This document shows positions 46,134 through 58,200 of a stretch of DNA of 64,000 nt, piece after piece (positions within the stretch are counted from its first letter, which is position 1; each line of letters opens with the position of its first letter). A program made the translations under genes and the position numbers. The stretch is taken from assembly GCF_000281045.1 (NCBI RefSeq), contig NW_008246144.1, positions 74,700-138,699 on the forward strand, written 5' to 3'. This DNA comes from Saprolegnia diclina VS20. Taxonomy: Eukaryota. The notes under the pieces were generated by a model, which was given only the letters and a program-made list of their open reading frames with translations, was not told where the DNA came from and did not search any database.

Positions 46134-47434
46134 TGTAGTATTGTGATAATCAGCATTTTTGTCGCCCCGAAATGGGGTCTAATTCGCTGACGTTGTTTTC
46201 TACCGGATGCTGCCGGACGAATAATTCGTTTGGAGGACGACCGCTAATTCGTCCGGATACGTATCGCCGAACTGCTAAAACGTCCTAGCGTAATATAAAT
46301 CAATTCAGGACGGGATAACATGAAAAATGTATTGATCAGCCCCTTGCTTGAATAAAAATAAAAAGGCCGAAAACATTGGCGAAGGCAGTGCATATTTCAA
46401 AACAATTCGTTGGCCCTGCTGCAGCGTAAGTGGGGAAGCGACGGAGCGCCGCACGACCCCAGAGCGCCAGCCCTCCGCCGCTCGGTCACGACCGACGCTC
46501 CTCAGACCTAGTGCGTCTCTGCAGGTATCGATATGCACGTCTACGGTACAGGGCATGGCGTGTAGTGGCAGCGTGTCGGGTGCGGCCGAAGCGGCCGGTC
46601 GCATGCATCCGCCTCGACGAGAAGCCGACGTCGTCATGGGCGGCGAGAGCGGAACGCTGCTGCCCGTTCGCGAAGTAGTAGGGATGGACCGAGCGAGGCA
46701 ACACATAGCATTGCATCGCATTGGCGTTTTCAATGTCATTATCGATAACAAAGCTGGACAGGGGAGGCGGCGGTCGAACGACCGATTGGCAAGTGCGCGC
46801 GCAGCGCGAAAAATCGGCGGGCGCGGAGCGCCCGCCTCGAAATGGGCCACGCATAAAGCAAGCTCTCGATAGTAACAGCACTTGTATTCTCTATGGATCT
46901 ATCGATCTGCGCCGCCAACGCATCGAGCGTCGGCTTGGAATCGAAGCGCAGTCAAGGAGGGAAAGGAAGCAGAACCGTCCGTAGCTCCTCAGTATGGTTG
47001 TCTAGCCCGTGTGGGTTCTCAAGAGGTTGATGGCACCTGCCGGTTGTCCCCTCCATCGTTCTGCAGAGCAGCTTATTGAGCACACCACTCAACAGAATGC
47101 CAGTCATTTCCACGTCAATGCAACGCCGCGCCACAATTGCATGGGACGAATTGCTCTGCGGGCCCGACGAATAGCTGCGCGTAGTCGGCGTTTGGCGGAT
47201 CTGCACCCGCCAATCGTCCCTTATTCCGGTAACGTGTCCTTTTAACAGGCCCGGAAGGCCCTGCAGGGGCCGTAATTCGTCCTCCCCTCGTGATCCGGAT
47301 CTGTAAATCGTCGTGACTCACGCTATCCGGACGATTAATTCGTCCATCCGCCCCGATAATTCGTCCGGATGGGCGAATAAACAGCTCAGATTAGGCTCAA
47401 ATCCGCCAAAAACGCTGATTATCACAATACCACA
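46134..47434. mobile_element. Non-autonomous DNA transposon-like element with ~31-bp TIRs and subterminal repeats
   Basis: Left TGTAGTATTGTGATAATCAGCATTTTTGTCG versus reverse complement of right TGTGGTATTGTGATAATCAGCGTTTTTGGCG (3 mismatches); TAATTCGT(CC) and CCGGA motifs clustered inside both ends; no transposase; TSD not evident. Confidence 0.7.
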
Positions 47435-48065
47435 TGGAGTTTATTCCGCTTTGGATTTAGCTGCACTTGACTGGGCGACAGTACTCGGATCAAGCGCAAC
47501 CATACGCTTGACAAGATTGCAAGGCTCAAACGACGTTGAATGGCCGACGTTATGAGGTCTGCAGGGCGACAACATGAAGTCGACGTTCTGTTGTCCTTGA
47601 CCGGTAGAGCGCCAAAGTGGGTATTGTTGTGACTGTGTCGATTGTTGCTTCATGTCCAGAAGAGATCGTTGAAGTGTGATCTGCTACCGGTATCCGAAAA
47701 CCATTCAACCTTAGGCACGTGGAGCATCCGTCGTCAAGTTATGACATTTCCCGCGCATTCTTATTCGCTCAGTCTGCTGCACGAGTCTGTTGCCACCCAA
47801 AAACAAGCCAACTAGCCCAAACTAGTCGATTGGTCTCTACTCGTCTAGCCGTCAGCGCACGTTTTGTTTGGCATTCGGCCATTCACATATTTATTCCCTT
47901 CTTTTGTCCACAGAGCCCCTCCAGCTTCCTCACCCCACGACCCGCTGGGCCGATATCGACGGCCCGCAGAGTACTGGCGACTGCTGACACAACGTATTCA
48001 AATGAAACAAGTCAACATGTATTATCAGTCGCATTAAAAAGACGGTCGGATAATAACACCCGACT

Positions 48066-49400
48066 TTAGCCCGTGGGGGCGTCGAGGGAGTGCCATACGC
48101 GCACCAAGAGTGCCGTGCTCAAGAGCAAGAGGCATAGGTTGCCAAGGCCAATGACGTACTCGCCGCCGACGACGCTGCCCGCGGTGCCCCACATGGCGCC
48201 GGTGAGTCGCCCAGCGTAATTGGAGAGCTGGATAACGATCGCGGCCTTGTCCGAGAGCGCATCCGGCAGCGTTTTGGTCAAGAGCGATAGCGTGATCGTG
48301 GATGCGAGGTTCATGCCCCAGCAGACAAGGAACCAGCTCAGGCCGAGGGTCGCTGGCGTCGGTTGCGCCAGCGTACACTGATGCACGATTGTCCCAGCGA
48401 TCGCCAGCCCAAACGCAGCCGCTAGCACCAGGCGGTCGGGAGACGTTTTCGTGTAAAACGAAAGCGGTAGAATGAGACCAAAGCTCGCAAACCCACCAAT
48501 CGCAATCAAGACGCCCGCGTCAAAGCTCGTCCATGCCCACGCCGCGTCGATGAAGACCGGAATGTTCGACTCCCACGCGCCGAGCTCGAAAAAAATGGTC
48601 AGCGACCCGAGCGCCATGGCCACAATGGTCCACCGGCGACTACTGTCCAAATGCGATAGTTTGGCCTGTACAATGTCGTGCAAGTCACCTTGCGTGCGCG
48701 GTGGCGCGTCGACAAAGACGATGCGCGCGACGAGCCAATAGACAAGCCAGACCGTCGCCATGAGCCACCCGGGCGCTGTAAAGGCGTTCCAGAGACCGGT
48801 CGCCGGTGCGTATTTCGCCAGTAAGGCGCCCAGGAGAGGACCACCGACCATGCCAAGCGTCTGCGCTGCAACCAAAAGGTTGGCACACATGGTGCGGCGT
48901 CGGTAGCCCACGAGCCGCGGGTCGGTGCAGTACCGCTTCACGAAGAGCCAGCCCGTAAAGCCGAGGCCGTTGACGAGCCGCCCGACGAGGAGGAGCTCGA
49001 GCGAGTCGAGTGTATGCGCGAGCGCATACAAGAGATGGCCAAGCACGAGTGTACTCGCAGCGAGGTGCAGCGTCGGCATGTAGTAGTCGCGAAAGCAGTG
49101 CACATGCTGGAGCGGCACGAGCGAGACGGCCGAGGTGAGCGTGATGCCGCCGATCACGAGGCCCGAGTAGAGGTCCGTGGCCCCGAGGCTCCGCGCGTAC
49201 GGTGTGGCCGTGGGCACAATGATGTAGAACGAGACGTTGAAGAGAAAGTTGGCGACCAAAACGAGTCCGAGCGACGGCGTTGGCGGCAGCTTGTTCTCGT
49301 TGTTGTCGTTGGAAGTTGAGTCGAGGGCCAAGTGCAAACTCGGGCGGGTCGTCGACGCTGGAGTCGGAACCACGTGGAGCTCGTACGGTGTTGCTCGCAT
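48066..49400 (-). CDS. MFS transporter (MFSD8-like), intronless
   Basis: About 12 hydrophobic segments; FNVSFYIIVPT, LLLVGRLVNGLG, GPLLGALL, WNAFTAPGWLM. Confidence 0.88.
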   Translation of the reverse strand: MRATPYELHVVPTPASTTRPSLHLALDSTSNDNNENKLPPTPSLGLVLVANFLFNVSFYIIVPTATPYARSLGATDLYSGLVIGGITLTSAVSLVPLQHVHCFRDYYMPTLHLAASTLVLGHLLYALAHTLDSLELLLVGRLVNGLGFTGWLFVKRYCTDPRLVGYRRRTMCANLLVAAQTLGMVGGPLLGALLAKYAPATGLWNAFTAPGWLMATVWLVYWLVARIVFVDAPPRTQGDLHDIVQAKLSHLDSSRRWTIVAMALGSLTIFFELGAWESNIPVFIDAAWAWTSFDAGVLIAIGGFASFGLILPLSFYTKTSPDRLVLAAAFGLAIAGTIVHQCTLAQPTPATLGLSWFLVCWGMNLASTITLSLLTKTLPDALSDKAAIVIQLSNYAGRLTGAMWGTAGSVVGGEYVIGLGNLCLLLLSTALLVRVWHSLDAPTG

Positions 49401-49994
49401 GGTCAGAATGGAAGAATGTCATCGTCGCCCCACGAATCGCAACGTACTGAACGCGCCCACTTGAAGTAAACGGATCGTTTACAGTCCATGACGACGAGCA
49501 TCTGGAGCGATTAAAAGCAATAGAAAGCAAGTATTCAATTTACCTGTAAGAACGCATAGATACCACCTATGTAATTTTAGAGTTGCTGGTTGGCCGACTG
49601 CCACGTCATGCAGACGCATCACTCGTGGCTTAGTCAGATTGGTGCACTCTGTGGTGTCGATTGAGTGAGACCTGCGCGAGCCGCTCAACTGCAATTTGTC
49701 CCATAGCTTTGTTCAATAGTCGACGCAAATTAATCTCCTAGAGCTGAGTTGTCGTTTGGCAAATTGTCCCACTCCCGTCTCCTAATGCCTACCCCTATCT
49801 CGTCAAAGAGCGCACTGCAAACACTCGTGCTAGTGGCGTCCTTGCTTGCCCTGGCTGTCAGCTGCGTAGGTTAACCAATCAATAGCGTGCACTCAGAGAA
49901 GTGGTTGTCCGGGAGTCGGGCGTGATGCAAGACAGTGCTACTTGGATTAATCATCATATAATGTCGCGGCAGACTCTAGCACGTAGCACTAGCT

Positions 49995-50219
49995 TCAGTA
50001 ATGCGGCGGTGTCATGGCTGAGCGCCGCGTGGGTCGTCGTGTGGGCGTCGGTGTCGGTGTCGATGTCGGCGTCGGTGTCGGTGCAGGCGTCGGTGCCAGT
50101 GTCGGTATCGGTGCCAGTGTCGGTTCGTCCGATGGGCGGTAGCGGCCCGACGTCGTTTGGTCGTCTTGCATCAACTCGTCCAGCCACTGGCTACTCTCTT
50201 GTCCTTTAGGAGCTTCCAT
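49995..50219 (-). repeat. Pro/Thr-coding hexanucleotide repeat (GTGTCG-like), possibly within a small ORF
   Basis: Imperfect GTGTCG/GCGTCG array at ~50045-50125; 74-aa ATG-initiated ORF containing PTPTP. Confidence 0.4.
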
Positions 50220-50483
50220 GGGAAATGCAAAGTGACGTTGTGGGCACCACGACTTCTGGATGGAGCATACATTCTGTTCTAGTCATGACCTGCATTCACG
50301 ATCATCATTCTGTTCGATTAGAAATCCGTGTTTGCTAACTCGTGCTAGAGCAGCGAGTGGAGCGTCGGTTGTACGGACGCAAACGACGGCTGCAGCAGAC
50401 ACCACTGCACCTTGGCGCGCGCATCTTTGGCCTCCGCATGGCCTGCTAGATCCGCGGCCAGCGCCTACAACACAGCTGGTCAA

Positions 50484-53400
50484 TCAAAGAGACAAGGGTG
50501 GAGCTAGTACCTTAGCGGGCGACTGCAGCAGACGCAGCCAAACCTGCTGCTGGCGCTGCGAGGCCGCAAGCTCCGACGCACCCAAGCAATAGCGAGCCAG
50601 GTGGTGCGTGGCCACCGCGTACAAGTCCTTCCCGCGGGTCGCCGTGATCGTCACCGAGACGACGCTGGCGACGTACGCATCGAGCATCTTGCTCTCGGTC
50701 GTCGCCAGCAACGACGACGCCAGTGCCGTCGGCACCTACACAGAATGTTCAGAGAACGTTCTTCCTAAATGGTCGACGCACCGTGACGAGCGCAAGGCCA
50801 CCGTTCATGCTCAGCTCGGACCACAGCCAGAGGCGGAGCTCCAGCGGCAGCGACGGGTGCAAGCAGAGCGTCATAATCGCACTGACGCCCACGTCGCCGT
50901 ACGACGCACCACAAAAGACTTGGAGCAGCGACTCGACAAACGACTGCACCAGCGCAGGTTCCTTCCCAGGCTCGCACGGCTTGTAGCATTGAACGACGTG
51001 GCCCAGCGCGTCGTGCCATCCGTCGGCCGCCACTGCGTTTACATAGTGCGCCACGAGGGGCTGCAGATGCGTCGCGACCGCAGGCGACAGCCATGCGTCC
51101 GTCTCGAGGAGGTATACGTGACTGAGATGCACGAGCTTATGGGCCGTCGGCGTCGCGTCGAGCAGCGCCGGTGCGCTACGCAGCATCGTGTCCGATGACC
51201 GCCTTCAAGCAGTCGAGTTGGTACCTTGTTTCGAGCTGCAGGAGCAACGAACACGCTTCGGCTAGGAGCGTCTGCCACGCCGACGCACTCATATCACTCG
51301 AAGCGATGCGCGAGAAGAGGCTAAAGAGCCAGTAGGTCGGCCACGGCAGCGTCGACGGCGCATCTTCGGGCTGAACGACGTGACACGTCTCCTTGGGGTT
51401 CGGGCTCGCACCGGCCATGGCGCTAAACAGAGCACACAAGGCCGGGAACTGCGTCGCAAAGAGGACGCGGACGATGCTGCGGGCGTCGGCTTCGTCGCCG
51501 GGCTGGCAGCTTGCGAGCCATGCAACGCAGAGTGGCCAGAGCACCGCTGTCTCACTCGACCCGTGCGTCGTGCAGAAGAGAGCGCACGCGACACCGATCG
51601 AGCGGTGCGGCGCCAGTTGCTTGAGAAAGCCTGGGGTCATCGCCTTTGCCAGCCCCGCCAACGACACTAGACGCACCATCAGCCTCGTTTCTGCTCAAGA
51701 GGCGAGACTACCTGGTGGAAGCTGCTTGGCCGGCGCGGCAGCAAGCGCCGTAAAGTATGCCAAGAGGTCCGGTAGCCACTACGTCGGCACGTCATCACAC
51801 AAGCACCTTGGACCATGCAGTCGTACCTCGAGCCCCGTCGACGACGCCAGCACAGCGTCGAAGAGCGTTGACAGCACAGGGGTGACGCGAATGTACGGGT
51901 CGACATCGAGGATCGTCGTGTTGAACTGGACGATGGGCCACGCAGCGGCAAGGAAGCGGACGGCGGCAGCCACCATGGGCGATGTCGACAGCGCCGCATG
52001 CTGCGAGAGGAGATCCGTAGCCTGCTGTACAAAGAACGGCAGCAGTCGGTAGTACTGCGCGGCTTCGACGCCATTGCGCACGAGAAGCGTGAGAGCGTCG
52101 AGAATCGCACACTGCACTTCGATCGGCCACGGCGAGAGCGCGACGCCGTCGGCCGCAAGCCCCGCGGCCGGATACCCACACAGAAGCGGGTACAAGTACG
52201 CGACACTGTGCAGATCGATCCCGTACGAGAGGCAGACGCTCCAGAGCCGAAGCGCGTCCAGCTACAACCCAGTTTGCACGGTCAACACATGAGCGTGGCG
52301 CTACCTGCAGGGGGAGCAAGCCCGGATGGCGAATCGCCAACACGACTTTGGTGGCTGTGAGCAGCTGGTCCTGGAGGCACACGGCGGCTAGCGCCGCGTT
52401 AGCTTGGCATAGTCGCCGCAGGAGGACCATCGTCTTGCGTCGCATCTACGACCTTGGTCATGCGCCACGTTTGGATATAAGGGACCGTACGGCCAAGGTC
52501 GCGAGGACGTCGTCGATGCCTTCGTGGCTCAAGAGCTCGAGGAGCACGCTGGTCATGCCTTTGACCTCCAACAGGTGTGTGGCCGCGCTACACGGTCGTC
52601 GTCAGCTACAGCTGACGTCAGCAGCGCGTACCGGCGCGAGTGCATCGCCAGTGCAACGCACAAGTCGAGCACTTGGTCGTGGCTGCGAGTCCCACGCAGT
52701 GACGATAGCGACAGCAAGTGTCGCAAGCGGAATGGCAAGTGCGTCTTGAGCAGGGCTTGGATCGCGTCGGCGGCTGCGAGTTCCTTGAGCTCCATGGGCA
52801 CGTCGTCCGGGTCCTTGTCGCCGTCGTCATCCTCGTCCGTGTCCTGTTTGGCCGCCGGCTGGAGGTACCGCACAACGCGCAGCTTTCCTATGTGAAGCGG
52901 TCAGTCGCCACCACTAGCGTCGGCGTGACGCACCAAAGCGATCGACGGGCGTCATGGCCACGCCGGTGGGCTGGATGCACAGGACGTCGAAGCGCACAAG
53001 GGCGGCGTGCAGCGCGTCGATGCCAGCCGTGAGCACCGACTGGTTGGCGTCGTCGAGGGCGTGTCGCAGCGCAAGGGCAATGGGACCTACGGCGATCGCA
53101 CTGTCTTCGGGCTGCCGCAGAACCTTGCCTAGCACGGTGCAGGCAACGACCCGCTGCGACGCGACCGTCGACCGCGCGAGCAAGACGAGCTCCTCAATCG
53201 TGTACCTAAAACACAGAGAACCTCCTCATGAGCGCACCGCAAAAGCGTAAAAACGAAGAGAGACCCAGGGCGGTCGGGGTCGTCACCGTGGTGGTACAGG
53301 CCGGAGTGCGACGGCGGCAAGAGGCCGTCCGTGGCAGGCAGGACGTGACCATCAAAGTCGACGCGCACCGCCGTCGACGACGACGACGTGGTCGGTGGCA

Positions 53401-54025
53401 GCGACGTCATCCATTCGTGCTTGGCGCGCTCTTCGTCCGGTAGGCCTTGCACGGCCGACGCGAGCTCGGCGTCGTTCGAGACGCGCGGCAGCGGTCGTTG
53501 CGTGCGTGGCGTCGCGGCGACGGGCGGTGCAACAGCAGGCGGTGCAACGGCGGGTGCAGGCGCCTTGGCCTTAGCGCGGTTGCGGAACATGGCGAGGACT
53601 TCGGGCGACAATGAGGCATGCAGCTCGTCCTGCGCCGACTTGATCTCGTCGAGCGACATGTTGGCGATCGCGCTGTCGTTGTCGGCTTGGATGTCGGACG
53701 GGATCGCGCTGGACGACCGCAATGGCGGCGCCTGCGTCTTGGCCGCTTCGGCGCGTCGACGGCCAAAGACGCTCTGCTTCTTGGTCGACGGAAAGCCTTG
53801 CGCGGTCCCGACGATCGTGGGCATCGGGCGCGTGACCGGCGCCGACCGCTCGAGCACCGCACCGCGCATGACCGCCGACGCGAGCGTCGGCGGCGCGTTG
53901 GACGCCGATGGCGCCGGCTTGGGCTTGGTGTGCAGCTTCACGGAGGAGACCTTGCCGCCCTGCATGAACTGCTCCTGCTCCTTGAGGAGGAGCGCGAGCT
54001 CGGCGTCCACGTCCATCTCGGCCAT
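50484..54025 (-). CDS. RPAP1: RNA polymerase II-associated protein 1 (RPAP1/Rba50/MINIYO), multi-exon
   Basis: RPAP1_N-like IQADNDSAIANMSLDEIKSAQDELHASLSPEVLAMFRNR; RPAP1_C-like RVDFDG, GLYHHGDDPDRPG|YTIEELVLLARSTVASQR, LRHALDDAN. Confidence 0.9.
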
Positions 54026-54440
54026 CCTGATGGGTGGCGCTGCAATGGTTTTGAATTGACTTGGGTTTTGTATGGTGCACTTGCGAATTCCGAGGAAGCG
54101 GGCGCTGCTTCGATGGAAGCGGCTGCCATCCGCGGTTGCATGGCGCTCGGATCTCTACCTCCTGCGCGGTCTCCCTTCCTCGGCAAGATGCGACCTGCGC
54201 CATCTCTCTACCTCGGGTCGATGGCCATCATCAACCACTACCGCATCCACCTGCGCCCAGCAGCCGATGGCCACTGATGCTGCTCGCGGCCGCCAGTCCT
54301 GGGCATGCGATGGCTGCTAGTGAGCATGGTGTAGAGCAATAATAATGGTCAGGTTGTGTCGTTACGTAGCTACGGTCACGTCGCGAGGACGCGATCGCGG
54401 GCTGCGACATACATATGCATCATGGTCGACCGAAGCTGGT

Positions 54441-54751
54441 TTACTTGGCCGGCATCTTCTCAAAGCACTGCTCGATCGTGAAGCCCTTGTCCTGGTGCTT
54501 GCCCGTCCAGTGCTCCGTGAGCTGGCGCGCCTACGTCATAAGGATGAGCAAGCTGCGTATCGATGGCATCGGGCGCGTACGCTGGCGTTGACCATGAACG
54601 TCGTCATGCAGATCTTGCACTTGATGGCCGTGCGGTCGGCCTCCATCTTGGCCTTCATCTCCGGGCGGTTGGCCGCCTTGGCGTCCTTGGCCTTCTTGGC
54701 GTTGTTGCGATCACGCGCCTGCGCACTCTTCTGACCGTTGCCGCCACCCAT
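54441..54751 (-). CDS. Small 4F5/SERF-like C2H2 zinc-binding protein (ZNF706/At2g23090-like), one intron
   Basis: MGGGNGQKSAQARDRNNAK...IKCKICMTTFMVNAS|ARQLTEHWTGKH...EQCF. Confidence 0.85.
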
Positions 54752-55295
54752 CTTGCTGCTGCTGCTTCTTGGACGAAATCAAAAACTGAATTCTGCGAGC
54801 ATGACTGGGCCGTCCGGATACCACAAACCACGCGACCGTATCCGGATACGGACGGTGCATAGACCCCGCACGGAACCAACGATGCAGCAGGACCACGGCA
54901 GAGGCGGCGAGGACGAATGCAGCTGGTGCATGAATCGTCGGCGTCTTGAGCGCAGCGATATCCTCCAAGGCGTCGGTACTGGCTTTTGGGCACAGGACCA
55001 CAACTCTAGCTAGGGCAAGAGCTAGCTAGGGCAAGAGACTAGATTTGGGTGGTGCTGCAAGCTGCGTCCAGTGACAGGAGACGTGCTCGTAGTAAGAAGC
55101 CCTACAAAATATCAATACGATTCAGCGTTGAAACGAGTCGTTGCAGAATCGACGTCAAGTTGCGTGCGTTGAGTCGCTTGGCTTGTCTGGGCTGTCGTGC
55201 CGCCACGTCATATGTGACGGATCCGCCCTGGCTGCAACCGACGGCGGTTTCCAGAGACGCCGCTTGGGTCAAGGGCGCCAACTCTTGCAGTTGCC

Positions 55296-58200
55296 ATGCC
55301 CAGTGGTCGTGTCGCGGCCGCGCCGCCCATTGAACCGTTTGGGCCATCGTCGACCCAGCCAGCGGCGGCGCTTCTGTCGATACCGAGTGTCCGTCGATCT
55401 CTCGAGGTCCTTGGGATGCTCTACGTCGTCGGGTCCATGGCCCTGAGCGTGTACGTCCTCGGCGTCTTTGCGACGTACCTCTCGACCGACTATGTGTGGC
55501 CCGACTTGTCTGCGTCCGGCCCCATCGTCGTTGCGCTCTTCAATAACGAGCTCGCGCTGCGTGGCAATGGGCCCCTGGACCTCTTGTCCACATCGTACGT
55601 TTCCGGGCTCCGGGGCACGAGCCCCGCGTACCCTCGACTGATCATGTACTCGACGCTGACGTCCTTAACGGACGGTGTCAAGGGGCTTCGCCGCCTGCGC
55701 ACGCGCCAAGTGGTCAAGATGGTCACGCCCTACTGCTGGGCCGATCTTGCAAAACGCTGGGAAATGGCCTACACGCTGAAGCGCCAAGCGCGCTGTGCCA
55801 TGTACGATGGCACCAATGGCGCGGTGCACTTGGAGACGGTCTTGCGCAACATCAACTTTGCCGCTTGGCTCGAGAATACGCAAGGCAAGTTTGCATCTGC
55901 CATCGGCAACCCGATCGCGGCCAGCAGCGCGGATGGCGCCCACTGGCTTGCAGCGCTCAAGACGCATACATGGAGCTCGGTCGACGCGGAAGTGGCGCTG
56001 TGGTCCCAAGCAAATTTGACGCATTTTACGCTGCAGTACGGCACCGGCTTTGGTATCGGGATCACCGAGACCATTCTGGTCGAGAACGCACTTGGGCAGC
56101 AGCTGCCCATGACGATCAAAGCCATTTTGGCAACGAATCGCTGGACCTTTCGGACCACTGGGATTCTCTACAATTTGCTGTACGATGACTTGTATGCGAT
56201 TGGGACCAATCAAAGTCTCGTACGGGGCACTGCTAACTACTTTGCGAACATTGACAAGGACCAGATCGAGCGCTACATCCAGGGACTGCCGCTCGGGCCG
56301 GTCGAGCAGGCGCTTCACGACTCGATTGGTCCGCTCGGGATCATTGACGTCAAGTGGGTCCCGCCGCCGCAAAGTTTGCTCCTCGCTGTCGACAGCTTTG
56401 AGAAAACCGTTTACGCGACGCATGCGAATTCACTGCCAATATTGTCATCGTCTCGCCGGACGATGTTGCCGACCCCACCGCACTTTGCCGACCCCACTCT
56501 GCGCTTCTACTCGGGCAATCCCATGTGCACGTTTGGCGTCCCACTCCCGTTCGTGCAGCAGACGTTTGGATTCGACGACGTCTGCGGCAGCCAGACGCCG
56601 CTGACCGTCGAGTGGCACCTCATTCCCGCCCTCTTTTCGCTCTGGCTGCATGACGGCGTCGCGTCGACCTCGGACGTCTGCGCGGTGCTGCCTCCAAGCG
56701 AATGGGGCGTTTGCGCAACCCTACTCGCCGACGTTAAACAGGCCTACACGGCACTCGCGTGGCCGGCGCCACCGGTGTCGGTGCGCGATGACGTTGCGGC
56801 GCTACGCGTCGGGCTGCTTCAGATCTTGGAGCGCAACGGCACGATCCAAGTGGACGAAGCGCTCCTGCTCGCGCCAAACTTTAGTGTACTTGGGTGGATG
56901 TACCTCTTGGACTGGGCGCTCAATGCGCGCGAAGTCATCTCAGTCCAAGGCGACGTCGGAACGTTCACCATTGTGTCATACCTGTACACGCCCATCGTTG
57001 ATGCCGCGCTGCCGCCGCTCGCCGGTCTCGGACCGTACCTCTCGACACTTGCAGCGCTTCCGACAGTGACGCTATTGGCTCTCGTTGTCGTCCTGCTCAT
57101 CGTGCGGCTCGGTCAACATACTCGAGGGACCAGTGCCGACTGGGTCGCCTTCTACCCGGTGGGCGCCTCGATCTGGGTGAGTCGCAACGTGCTCGTGGTC
57201 CGCAGCGTCGCTGCGATTCTCTGCCTCAGCACGGTGCCACTGCAAGCGACGACACAAGACGGCCTTGCGCGCGTCGCTCTCTCGCCCCGGCCTCTCTGGC
57301 TCTCGGGTATTTTGGCCGGCGAGTCGATTTGGCTCATTTACGCCGCGCAGTACGTCTGCTTGCCGCTGTACAGAGATGCTACCGCGCTCCCGTTCGCAGC
57401 TGGCATTGCATGGGCCATCGTGCTCGCTCTCGATCACACTGCGCCGCTGACGCCGTCGGCACTCCTCTCTCGGTCGTGCTACGCTGTCAACATGGACTAC
57501 ATGACGTATTGCGCGAGTGGCCTCGTCCGCATCGGCAGCGGTGTCCGGTGCTTCACGATCGTATGTATTCATGCGAGCTCGGTGCTCGCGACGCTTTTGC
57601 TTGCTGCGCGACAGAACCAAGCTCCTCGACGGCCGTACTCAGCGACCAACGGCTTGGTGCCGCTGCCAGCGCTGTTGTTTCTTCACGAGATCGATGACGC
57701 TAGCCACCACGAGCTGCGTCCGGTGGCCGCGATACTCTGCGGCATCTTCCCGTTCACGTTCCGTGGTAACGCCTATGTGTTTGACGTGAAGCTCTGGTTG
57801 CTCTTGCATCACGATGACTTTGGCTGTATCACGGCCAGCGGCGGCATCGCCACCGTGCTTCCGTTTCACGCACCGTCGCCCGCGATGAAGATGCAGAAAA
57901 GCGATCTGCTGATGCCCAAGGTGTTGCCGTTCTGGACACGCCTCGTTGCCAAGCAGGTGGTCCAGCAAGTTCTGCGCCTGCTCGGGCTTGTCTACTTGGG
58001 TGGCACGCTCTGGAGCAACGTGGCGTACCTCGACGTGCTTCAGCGCGCCATGGCCAACGACTTTGGTTGGGCCGGCTTCAATACCACCGGTGCGCACCTG
58101 TTTTTGGCCAATACACTCAACCGACAACTGCTCTCAACCTCGAGCGCGGCGCTCACATTGGAGGACGCGGCGCTCGGAGATCCGTTCCAAGGTTACGACG

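Noticed and set aside
55006..55037. 16-bp direct tandem repeat CTAGCTAGGGCAAGAG x2
   Set aside because: Simple local duplication with no spacers; not CRISPR-like.
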